NCBI GenBank assembly: GCA_044869275.1
Contig: JBIOXB010000226.1
Location: 1 to 18,958 of the forward strand
Length of the DNA stretch: 18,958 nucleotides
Reading direction: 5' to 3'
Origin: a bacterium
GTDB lineage: Bacteria > Zhuqueibacterota > Zhuqueibacteria > Zhuqueibacterales > Zhuqueibacteraceae
Shown: positions 1 to 7,857 of the stretch, in pieces
Numbering within the stretch: the stretch's first letter is position 1
Layout: each line of letters starts with the position of its first letter
Notes under the pieces: model-generated
Database searches by the model: none
The model's input: the letters and a program-made list of their open reading frames with translations, nothing else
Told to the model about the DNA's origin: nothing
Made by a program: the position numbers and the translations under genes

Positions 1-96
1 TCGGGTTTTCAATTGTCGTTGCCGCAGATGGACGTGCAAAAAGTATCGGAAGTTCTGCTCCAGCGCATCGCCGATACGCTTTGTTACGCGGCTTGA
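1..96 (+). CDS. 3' end of a gene entering from the left edge (SGFQLSLPQMDVQKVSEVLLQRIADTLCYAA*), function unknown
   Basis: Frame 1 is open from base 1 to TGA at 94-96. It encodes a plausible amphipathic C-terminus and converges on the stop of the 140..2494 gene with a 43-bp gap. Confidence 0.45.
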   Translation, partial: SGFQLSLPQMDVQKVSEVLLQRIADTLCYAA

Positions 97-139
97 CAAA
101 GAACATTTTGGATAAAGTCCAGCTAAGCAAAACCCGAAC

Positions 140-2494
140 TTATTTTGTCAACAACATCCGGCGCGAGAGATATTGCCGGCCGAATTCCAAACGATAATAA
201 TACACACCCGAAGTGACGCGCCGGCCGTCGAAGGGCACTTCGTGCTGCCCGGCGGGCATTTCGTGATCGAGCAGCGTTAGGACTTCTCGTCCAATGGTGT
301 CAAAGATTTTCAGTTTCACCGTACCGGCACGGGGCAAATCGAAACGAATCACCGTCACCGGATTGAAAGGATTGGGGTGATTCTGATAGAGATAGAACTT
401 ATTCGGCACCGCGGGATTTTCGGCGATAGACGCGCCGGTTCCGGTCTTGAAGCTGAAGATTTCGGACCAGTTGCTCACGCCAATCTCATTCCCCGCGCGC
501 ACGCGCCAAAAATAAGAAGTATTTGCGGACAGCGCATTTACGGCGTAGCTGGTATCAGCGAAGTTTTTCAAATCAACGGTGATCGCAGAAGAGTCAAAAG
601 CGGCGCTGCGTGACAGTTGCAGGTGATAAGCAGCTGCTCCACGCGCTGTTCGCCAAACCAGTGCCGGCTGCAAGGCAACGTTCTGGGCGTTATGGTTCGG
701 CGAGGCTAAAAATGGCGTCGCCGGAAAACCGGTGGTGAATGAACGTGCGGCAGAATAAACACTGTTGCCCGCAATGTTTTGCGCGCGCACGCGCCAGTAA
801 TACGCCGTTTGCCCTTGCATGCCGGTGACGAGATTGAAGGTATCCACAACACCGGCGGTATGAATTAAGAACTGGCCGTTGAAATCGGCGTTGATTGAAA
901 CTTCCAGATCATAGGAAGCTGCGCCTTCGGAGAAATTCCAACGCAATGCCACTTGCGGCGGTTGCGCGATGATCTGGTCTTCCGGCGCCGCCAGCACCGG
1001 CGTTGCCGGCGGAGTGATCGCCGCCACTTCGCTCGCGGGGCTTTCATTGGCATTGCGATCGAGCGCCGTCACCGCGAAATAACGTGCATTCGAGTTTTTC
1101 GGCTGCACCATTCTCTGCGCGACGATCATCGCGAGGTTGCGGGCATTGTTCAAATCGCCGGGCTGAATGTTGGGCCGGTCGAACCCGTACAGCACGTAGC
1201 GCGAAGTTGAGTCACCGCCGGCCGTCGCGGGCGGCGCCTCCCATTGCAGTGCGGCCACGCCCGCGCCGGGAAGGCGAGCATAGCGGAAGCGTTGTGGTGG
1301 CTGCGGCGACGTTTGCCCTTTCCAGGGCATCACCGGGGGCAGCGCAAGATAGCGGTATAAATTGGTTTTCAAGCTATCGGTGAAACCCTTGAGATTCTCG
1401 CGCATATGCGCAGCGCGAAAAAAAATGCTGCCCTGCACGCCGGCGTGGCCGCGGTTTGCGCGAATTTGGCGCGGGAGCTCATTGGCCGGCCAGTTGCCAT
1501 CCCTGAGGTTGAACACCGCGTGGCCGGGATAAAAATGCCGAGCCTGGGCTTGCGAACTCCACCACGGCATAAGTTTGCCGTAATCTTGCCCGCCGCCAAA
1601 AGGCCAATAGAGTTGCGGAGTAATATAATCGACGATCTGCCGGTTCAGCCACGTCACGGCATCGCAATAAATTGCGCTGAACGCATCGAGCCCGCTGATG
1701 CCTGCGGGCACGCCGTTTTTCCAAATGCCGAACGGGCTGATGCCGAAGCGCAGGAACGGTTTCACGGCTTGCAGGCTATCATGAACCAGTTGAATCAGCA
1801 GATTGACGTTGTCGCGCCGCCAATCTGCGATGTTGGTAAATCCCCGATTGTTTTGAGCGAAAGTGGCAGCATCTTCGCTGGAGATTTGGTGCGGCGGATA
1901 AGGATAAAAATAATCGTCAAAATGCACGCCGTCAACCTGGTAACGCTTCACCACGTCCAGTACGACGTTGGTGACATGCTCGCGAACCTGCGGCAAACCC
2001 GGATTCAGAAATTTCAATGTGCCGATGCTGATGACCCAATCCGGGTGTTGCAGGACGACATGTTGAACCGCATTCGTATAACTGCCGGTTTGCCGCACGG
2101 CGCGATAAGGATTGAACCACGCATGCAACTCCATGCCGCGGCGATGCGCTTCGTCGACGGCAAAAGCGAGAGGATCGTAAAACGGCTCGGGCGCCTGGCC
2201 TTGCCGGCCCGTGAGCCAGTACGACCACGGTTCGAGCGGTGAAGCATACAACGCGTCACATTCCGGGCGAATCTGAAACAGCACGGCATTGACGCCGGCC
2301 GCGTGCAAATCATCCAACAAACGCAGCAATTCTTGCCGTTGCGCTTCCGGCGCAAGTGCCGGGGAAGAGGGCCAATCGAGATTCACGACCGTCGCGATCC
2401 AAGCGCCGCGAAATTCGCGCTTGGGAGGGGAAGTTTGTGACAACAATGTAGCAGGCAATAGGAGAAGCGCTGACCACCGTAACGCTTTTTTCAT
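140..2494 (-). CDS. Secreted family-10-like glycosyl hydrolase (GHL10/DUF187, YngK/YddW-like) with FN3-type repeats and a T9SS/Por-type C-terminal sorting domain
   Basis: N-terminal signal peptide. Family motifs KREFRGAWIATVVNLDWPS, LHAWFNPYR, DGVHFDDYFYPY, WRRDNVN and ISPFGIW. FN3-like 'YYWRVRA' repeats. C-terminal 'LYQNHPNPFNPVTVIRFDLP...SGVYYYRL' tail. Confidence 0.92.
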   Translation of the reverse strand: MKKALRWSALLLLPATLLSQTSPPKREFRGAWIATVVNLDWPSSPALAPEAQRQELLRLLDDLHAAGVNAVLFQIRPECDALYASPLEPWSYWLTGRQGQAPEPFYDPLAFAVDEAHRRGMELHAWFNPYRAVRQTGSYTNAVQHVVLQHPDWVISIGTLKFLNPGLPQVREHVTNVVLDVVKRYQVDGVHFDDYFYPYPPHQISSEDAATFAQNNRGFTNIADWRRDNVNLLIQLVHDSLQAVKPFLRFGISPFGIWKNGVPAGISGLDAFSAIYCDAVTWLNRQIVDYITPQLYWPFGGGQDYGKLMPWWSSQAQARHFYPGHAVFNLRDGNWPANELPRQIRANRGHAGVQGSIFFRAAHMRENLKGFTDSLKTNLYRYLALPPVMPWKGQTSPQPPQRFRYARLPGAGVAALQWEAPPATAGGDSTSRYVLYGFDRPNIQPGDLNNARNLAMIVAQRMVQPKNSNARYFAVTALDRNANESPASEVAAITPPATPVLAAPEDQIIAQPPQVALRWNFSEGAASYDLEVSINADFNGQFLIHTAGVVDTFNLVTGMQGQTAYYWRVRAQNIAGNSVYSAARSFTTGFPATPFLASPNHNAQNVALQPALVWRTARGAAAYHLQLSRSAAFDSSAITVDLKNFADTSYAVNALSANTSYFWRVRAGNEIGVSNWSEIFSFKTGTGASIAENPAVPNKFYLYQNHPNPFNPVTVIRFDLPRAGTVKLKIFDTIGREVLTLLDHEMPAGQHEVPFDGRRVTSGVYYYRLEFGRQYLSRRMLLTK

Positions 2495-2624
2495 TCCGTT
2501 TCCAAATCTTTGCTCACGATCATAACGCCATTTGCTGAAACCGAGGCGCTAGCAAATGACCGCCACGGCTCTTGGTATGCAAGCGCTCGCCTTCGGTTTG
2601 CCATTTCAGCCAGCGGAGCATGCA

Positions 2625-2653
2625 AAAATAAGTAGAGGACCGCGTAATTGCAA
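2625..2653 (-). promoter_or_regulatory. Putative sigma70 promoter for the GHL10 gene
   Basis: Minus strand reads TTGCAA-17 nt-TATTTT, about 130 bp upstream of the ATG at 2494. Confidence 0.45.
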
Positions 2654-2675
2654 GCAAAAGCGCGGAGAAATCCTC

Positions 2676-2704
2676 TTGTTATTTCAGCGCCTGTACAGTA
2701 TATT
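2676..2704 (+). promoter_or_regulatory. Putative sigma70 promoter for the TPR-DUF4292-GT2 operon (divergent from the GHL10 promoter)
   Basis: TTGTTA (2676-2681), 17-nt spacer, TATATT (2699-2704). Confidence 0.45.
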
Positions 2705-2751
2705 GCCGGGGAATTCGAAAAAAAATGAACGCGAAACTGAATATTGCAATC

Positions 2752-4722
2752 ATGAAAAATTTCGGACGTTGTTTTGTTTTGCTCTTGTTTGTCGCCGCTT
2801 TAGGATGGAGTTGCGCCTCGGCGAAAAAGGCGGTATCTGCAAAATCCGCCGCACCACCCGCCAGCAAATCCATTGCGCAAGCCGACCCCCGCGCGACGCA
2901 ATTGATCATCCAAGGGGCGCTCGCGGAAACCCAGGGCGATTTCTCTTCTGCTTTGATTTCATATCAGCAAGCATTGTGGCACGATTCCACTTCGGTGTCG
3001 CTGTACAACGCCATTGGTGAAGTTTATGCCGCGTTGGATCGTTTGGATGGCGCGGAGCAGGCCTTCAAGCGCGCGCTGCGCCTCGACCCAAACAACCGTG
3101 ACAGCCGCGAGAATCTCGCGGCCATCTATCAGAGAATGGGCAATGCCGCGGCCGCGACGGCAGAATACAAAAAACTCTTGGAGCTCGATCCGGAGAATAT
3201 TACGGCGCTGTATCATCTCGCGGCCTATTACATGGCCACGCGCCAGCCCGAACAAGCGGCGGCGATCTACCAGCGCGTCGTCGATATGGGCAAAGCCGGG
3301 CCGCGTGAATGGTGGGCGCTGGGTTCGCTGTACGTATCCTTGAAAAAGTATTCCGAAGCCCGTGCCGCGTTCGAATACTATGTGAAAGATTCGCCAGACG
3401 ACGAACGCGGCTATCTCGCCATTGCCACGTTATACGCGGCGCAGGCCGATACCGCCAGCTTGATCGCCTGGTACGAGAAAACCCTGGACCGGAATCCCGA
3501 GTTCGGCCAAGTGCGCGAAAAATTGAAGGAAGCCTATCTCGCCTCCGGTGAAAAAGCCAAAATGGTTGAACTGGTGGAACAAAGTGTGGCACGTGATTCG
3601 ACGGATTTGCTGTCTTTGGTGGAATTGCATGCCCTGTATTTGCAGCTTGGAGATACGCTCAAAGCCAATGCACGCATGCAACGCGCCGTCGCGGCGCTGC
3701 AAAGGCGCTGGCTAAAAGATTCTGCCGACGTGCGTGTGCTCCTGCAAATCAGTGATTTGCAGCGCCGCCAGGGAGACAGTCTCAACGCCGATCGCACCAT
3801 GGACCGGGCGATCGTCAGCTTGAAGCAGCAAGTCCAAAATGATTCGACCGGCTTCAAGAATGTGCAAATCTTGAGCGAATTGTATCTCGCGCGCCACGAC
3901 ACGGCGCGGGCGCTGGAAACCGTGGAAGAATGGACACGTCGCGCACCGCAAGATGCGCGCGGCTATATTTTGTTGGGCCGGCTCGCGTTGGGCGGCAACC
4001 GCCTGCAAACGGCAGTGACAAATTTGGAGAAAGGCCTCGCGCTCAATGATCAGGATGTCGAAGGCTGGTTTTTTCTCGGCAATGCGCACACGCTCTTGAA
4101 TCAGCATGAAAGCGCACTGCAAAGCTTCGAGCGCGCCAACCGGCTCGCGCCGGACAATCCCGTCATCAATTTTTCTCTGGGTTATTCGCTCAGCCGGCAG
4201 CGCCAGCACGAACAGGCGGTCACTTATTTCAAACGCGCGCTCGCCGTCCAGCCCGACAACACCGGTTGGATGGCCGCACTCGCGGCCACGCTCGACGAGA
4301 TGGGCCGCCACGAGGAGTGCGATTCAGTCTATCAGAGCGCCTTAGTCCTCAAGCCGGACGACGCGACGATCTTGAATAATTTTGCCTACAGCTTGTCGGA
4401 AAGAGCGATTCGGCTCGACGAAGCTTTGCAAATGGCGGAGCGCGCCATCCAAGCCGAGCCCAACAACGGCGCTTTTTTGGATACCATCGGCTGGATTCAT
4501 TATCAGCGCCAGGAATATCAGAAGGCGCTGGAGTACATTCTCAAATCCGTGGCCTTGCGCGACACCTCCGCGGAAGTCATGGAGCATCTCGGCGACGTCT
4601 ATGACAAGCTCGGCCAGCCCGAGCAGGCGCGCCAGTACTGGCAGAAAGCGCTGCATATGGACGGCAGCCGCAAGACGCTTTTGCAAAAACTAGGATTGAG
4701 CCGGGGTGCGAATGGAAATTGA
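2752..4722 (+). CDS. Tetratricopeptide-repeat lipoprotein
   Basis: MKNFGRCFVLLLFVAALGWS-C lipoprotein signal (ATG 2752 preferred; the ORF is open from 2725). Many TPR repeats, ending with the typical 'ILNNFAYSL...FLDTIGWIHY...EHLGDVY...ARQYWQKAL' module. Confidence 0.9.
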   Translation: MKNFGRCFVLLLFVAALGWSCASAKKAVSAKSAAPPASKSIAQADPRATQLIIQGALAETQGDFSSALISYQQALWHDSTSVSLYNAIGEVYAALDRLDGAEQAFKRALRLDPNNRDSRENLAAIYQRMGNAAAATAEYKKLLELDPENITALYHLAAYYMATRQPEQAAAIYQRVVDMGKAGPREWWALGSLYVSLKKYSEARAAFEYYVKDSPDDERGYLAIATLYAAQADTASLIAWYEKTLDRNPEFGQVREKLKEAYLASGEKAKMVELVEQSVARDSTDLLSLVELHALYLQLGDTLKANARMQRAVAALQRRWLKDSADVRVLLQISDLQRRQGDSLNADRTMDRAIVSLKQQVQNDSTGFKNVQILSELYLARHDTARALETVEEWTRRAPQDARGYILLGRLALGGNRLQTAVTNLEKGLALNDQDVEGWFFLGNAHTLLNQHESALQSFERANRLAPDNPVINFSLGYSLSRQRQHEQAVTYFKRALAVQPDNTGWMAALAATLDEMGRHEECDSVYQSALVLKPDDATILNNFAYSLSERAIRLDEALQMAERAIQAEPNNGAFLDTIGWIHYQRQEYQKALEYILKSVALRDTSAEVMEHLGDVYDKLGQPEQARQYWQKALHMDGSRKTLLQKLGLSRGANGN

Positions 4723-5620
4723 CGTGAAGGTATGGCTGCGGCATTTGGCAACTCAAGCGGCGCGCCTGGTTCGTTTGCAGGCCGGCCGACTGCATTACCG
4801 CACACGGGCAGAGCTTCTCTTGCCCGTTTTTTGCTTTATTCTGTCCGGTTGCGCGAGTGCTTCGCGCTCCTTGCGTTTGGAGCCCGGTGCCGAACCCGGC
4901 GCGGTTTATTCTCAGGTGGCGGAAAATCACCGCCGTTTGCAAACGTTCCGCGGCAAAGGAAAGTTGATTATCGATTCGCCGCAAACGCAAGTCGTGGCCT
5001 CGGCCACAGTGTTGACGCGGCAGCCGGATTCCATGTTTATTAAGCTCGAGGCCACGTTCGGCGTGGACGCCGGCTTTTTTTTCGCCGATCGCAAACACTT
5101 CGAAAGCTATTCGCCCTTCGAGAACACTTATTTCTTCGGGGAAGTGGGGCAGTTGCGGCGGCTGGTTCTGTTCCAGGTGGAAGTCACCTACGACGAGATG
5201 CTGAGCGGCATCGTGGGTGCAATCTTGCCGCCGCTGGACAGCACGTTCACATTAAAAGTCGAAGACGGAGCTTATCGGCTCGACGGCTGGCGTGACAAAT
5301 GGCAATTGAGCTATTGGATCGATCCCGCGCGCGGCGTGGTCACGAAATCCGAGCAACGCGATCAAGATGGCGGTCTGTACAGCCGGCAGACGTTCAGGCG
5401 CTTTCGCGAAATAGAGGGCATTTGGCTGCCGCAATGGCTGCAATTGGATCGCCCCGGCCAGCGCGAGCGCTTCACCATGTACTATGACCGTGTGGAAGTC
5501 AATCGCAAAATCACGGACAAGGAATTCGGCATGCGCGTGCCGCCTTCGGCCGTGCGCATTGACCTTTCCGCGCCGCGCCGCGGCACCACCGCTTCCCCGC
5601 AACCAGGTCAAATGGAATGA
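4712..5620 (+). CDS. DUF4292-like (LolA/LolB-fold) outer-membrane lipoprotein
   Basis: Lipobox ILSG-C and a beta-rich mature domain. It lies directly after the TPR lipoprotein (overlapping its stop), as in the conserved TPR-DUF4292 pair. Start is uncertain (GTG 4706, ATG 4712 or GTG 4724). Confidence 0.7.
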   Translation: MEIDVKVWLRHLATQAARLVRLQAGRLHYRTRAELLLPVFCFILSGCASASRSLRLEPGAEPGAVYSQVAENHRRLQTFRGKGKLIIDSPQTQVVASATVLTRQPDSMFIKLEATFGVDAGFFFADRKHFESYSPFENTYFFGEVGQLRRLVLFQVEVTYDEMLSGIVGAILPPLDSTFTLKVEDGAYRLDGWRDKWQLSYWIDPARGVVTKSEQRDQDGGLYSRQTFRRFREIEGIWLPQWLQLDRPGQRERFTMYYDRVEVNRKITDKEFGMRVPPSAVRIDLSAPRRGTTASPQPGQME

Positions 5621-6771
5621 ACGAGCCCGGCCATCCTGAAAAAAGACCGAGATTCAGAAGGCGCCGCCGGCGCTTCCCGCCTCGTAGCGAGGCCAACCCT
5701 TCGGCCTTGAGCCCGCCTGCCGAAACGGCGGCCTCTTCAGAAAGCGCAGCGCCCAAGGCCGCCCCCGGCACAAATTCGCGCCCGCATGAACAGGTGCGTC
5801 CGCAAGCGGTGACGCATACGCCCACCGGTCGAATTGAACTTTCGATCGTCGTGCCGCTGGTTAACGAAGCCGCCTCCTTGCAGGAATTGCAGCAAAGGAT
5901 TGCCACGGCGTTGCGGGAGCTGCGCCTGCGCGCGGAGATCATTTTTATCGACGATGGCTCGCTGGATCGTTCGTTCGAGATTCTGTCGGAAATTCAGCGC
6001 CGCGATCCGCGCGTGCGTGTGATTCAATTTCGCAGGAACTTTGGCAAATCTGCGGCATTGGCCGCCGGCTTTCGCCGCGCGCGCGGCGAATATATCGTCA
6101 CCATGGACGCCGATTTGCAGGACGATCCTGCGGAGATCAAGAATCTGCTGAGTGAATTGCACAAAGGCTACGATCTCATCTCCGGGTGGAAAAAAAATCG
6201 CCACGATCCCTTCGTCAAAAGATTCACTTCGAAAATATTCAATCGTGTCACCGACTGGTTTACGGGGTTGCGGCTGCACGACATCAATTGCGGCCTGAAG
6301 ATCTACCGCCGCGAAGTCACGCAATCGATCCAGGTCTATGGCGAGCTGCATCGCTTTTTGCCGGTGTTGGCGCATCAAGTCGGTTTTCGCGTGGGCGAAA
6401 TCGTGGTGCAGCACCATCCGCGCAAACACGGCAAGAGCAAATACGGTCCCTCGCGTTTCTCCAAAGGCTTTTTTGATTTGCTCACGGTGCTTTTTTTGAC
6501 GCGCTACACCAAGCGCCCGCTGCATCTCTTCGGCGTCGCCGGCATGCTTTCTTTCGTGCTCGGCTTCGGCGTCACGGCCTATCTCGCCGCGGAAAAACTG
6601 TTGCGCTCGAAATTCTTGTCCAACCGCCCGCTGCTTTTTCTCGGCCTGTTGTTGATGATCATCGGCGTGCAGGCGGTTTCCATCGGACTGTTGGGCGAAA
6701 TGATCACCGCGGCGAACCCGCAGGCGCCGTTCTATTTTATCAAGAAGGAATTGGGATTTGGGCGGCGATAG
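5617..6771 (+). CDS. GT2 polyprenol-phosphate glycosyltransferase (ArnC/DPM1-like) with two C-terminal TM helices and an Arg/Pro-rich N-terminal extension
   Basis: LSIVVPLVNEA, FIDDGSLD, RNFGKSAAL, TMDADLQDDP, DINCGLK and ELHRFLPVLA motifs. ATGA overlap with the upstream stop at 5617-5620. Confidence 0.92.
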   Translation: MNEPGHPEKRPRFRRRRRRFPPRSEANPSALSPPAETAASSESAAPKAAPGTNSRPHEQVRPQAVTHTPTGRIELSIVVPLVNEAASLQELQQRIATALRELRLRAEIIFIDDGSLDRSFEILSEIQRRDPRVRVIQFRRNFGKSAALAAGFRRARGEYIVTMDADLQDDPAEIKNLLSELHKGYDLISGWKKNRHDPFVKRFTSKIFNRVTDWFTGLRLHDINCGLKIYRREVTQSIQVYGELHRFLPVLAHQVGFRVGEIVVQHHPRKHGKSKYGPSRFSKGFFDLLTVLFLTRYTKRPLHLFGVAGMLSFVLGFGVTAYLAAEKLLRSKFLSNRPLLFLGLLLMIIGVQAVSIGLLGEMITAANPQAPFYFIKKELGFGRR

Positions 6772-6946
6772 CCGGTCGCAGTATAAGCGTATGAATGGTG
6801 TGTGCGGGCTTCCAATCATTTTGAATTTGCCCACCGGGCTGCCGGCGTGCAGACATGATTTTTATGCTGCGCCAGTTTCAATCTCCCGGCTTTGATGAAA
6901 CTCCGTTCTGCCACCCCACAGCCGGTGAAACTGCATGCTGTGAGTT

Positions 6947-7444
6947 TCAAGCAGCCGGAGGGAGAACGGATAGATCGGTCAAAAAATTCAAAAACACTTT
7001 GAGGTCCGCTTTGAAGTTTTCGAGGGCGCCGGAAAATTTCGCTTCAATAGCGGCAAGCTTTTTATCATCCAATTCAAAGCCGTAAATGTTGCGGAATCTG
7101 TGGCGGAAATCGAGAAAATCGGCAAGCAGTCTGAAGGTATCTTCCGAAATAACCGCCGGACGCAATCCCGGCAAATTCAATTTCATGTCGATCAGCAAAT
7201 CGCGATGCCAGGAATCGCCGGAGGGTATGCCGCCGTTCAAATCTTCGGCGATGCGTTTGAAGATGCGCTCCACACCGCAATAAAAATCATGAAGGATCGA
7301 GCCTTTACCCCGCAGAATGAGCGAAGTCGCTTGGAGTTCGGGATCGACGCCGCGCCATTCTGCATATAGATAGTCCAGTTTGCGCAATTCTTCGCCGATT
7401 TCGGCGGCTAGGCGAATCAGTTTGCCGGGATCTTCAATGGCCAT
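6947..7444 (-). CDS. HEPN-domain (HepT/DUF86-like) toxin of an MNT-HEPN pair
   Basis: 165 aa with LHDFYCGVERIFKRIA, P-G-SWHRDLL, RPAVIS and FRHRFRNIYGFELD motifs. Overlaps the upstream MNT gene by 28 bp. Confidence 0.85.
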   Translation of the reverse strand: MAIEDPGKLIRLAAEIGEELRKLDYLYAEWRGVDPELQATSLILRGKGSILHDFYCGVERIFKRIAEDLNGGIPSGDSWHRDLLIDMKLNLPGLRPAVISEDTFRLLADFLDFRHRFRNIYGFELDDKKLAAIEAKFSGALENFKADLKVFLNFLTDLSVLPPAA

Positions 7445-7794
7445 AATTGAACTCCTTCTTCCGCAACACGCTGCTTGAGCAAGTTATTGGCGGATTCATA
7501 GGGAATCAAATCGACTTTGAAATCCGTCAAGAAACGAATTTGTGCCGAGGCGGAAAAGTAGTCGCGATCGTGTAAGCCCACGACGATGAGGTCGATGTCG
7601 GAGTGTGGCGTGAAGCGTTTCGTTTCAAAAGCCGAGCCAATGCCCATCACTTTGGTGGCGCCGAAGTTTTCGCACAAATACCGGGCAATTTGAAGCGCAT
7701 CGGCAAGCGCTTGCTGCCGGCGCGCTGTCAGGCGCGCACGTTCATGCAGCGTACGTTGCCGCCAGCCCGCAGCATAAGAAGAAATATCAGCCAT
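7417..7794 (-). CDS. Minimal nucleotidyltransferase (MNT/MntA-like antitoxin)
   Basis: GS-x11-DID motif (GIGSAFETKRFTPHSDIDL), 'VDLIP' strand and C-terminal 'EEGVQL'. ATG at 7794 is preceded by an AAGGA Shine-Dalgarno. Confidence 0.88.
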   Translation of the reverse strand: MADISSYAAGWRQRTLHERARLTARRQQALADALQIARYLCENFGATKVMGIGSAFETKRFTPHSDIDLIVVGLHDRDYFSASAQIRFLTDFKVDLIPYESANNLLKQRVAEEGVQLWPLKIPAN

Positions 7795-7818
7795 AATCTT
7801 TGTCCTTAATTCGGTCTC

Positions 7819-7847
7819 AACATAGTAAAACCTCCGTTCATTATCAA
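7819..7847 (-). promoter_or_regulatory. Putative sigma70 promoter of the MNT-HEPN operon
   Basis: Minus strand reads TTGATA-17 nt-TATGTT, ending about 25 bp upstream of the MNT ATG. Confidence 0.55.
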
Positions 7848-7857
7848 CCAGCATTTT

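Noticed and set aside
1406..2242. 278-aa plus-strand ORF inside the GHL10 gene
   Set aside because: Antisense shadow of a conserved catalytic domain.
2580..2612. GGCAAACC on the minus strand, suggesting a c-di-GMP-I riboswitch
   Set aside because: The downstream GNRA-capped P2 stem, the GACGCAAAG element and P3 are not present.
5737..6834. 365-aa ORF antisense to the ArnC-like GT2
   Set aside because: Shadow ORF of a well-supported gene in GC-rich DNA; no recognisable motifs.
6875..6901. GTTTCAATC...ATGAAAC, resembling a CRISPR repeat, downstream of the HEPN gene
   Set aside because: Single copy with no spacer-repeat periodicity; probably just a short hairpin.
7795..7854. Longer MNT start at 7854 from the ORF track
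   Set aside because: The extension would cover the predicted promoter and abut the divergent GT2 ATG. ATG 7794 has a Shine-Dalgarno and gives a typical MNT length.
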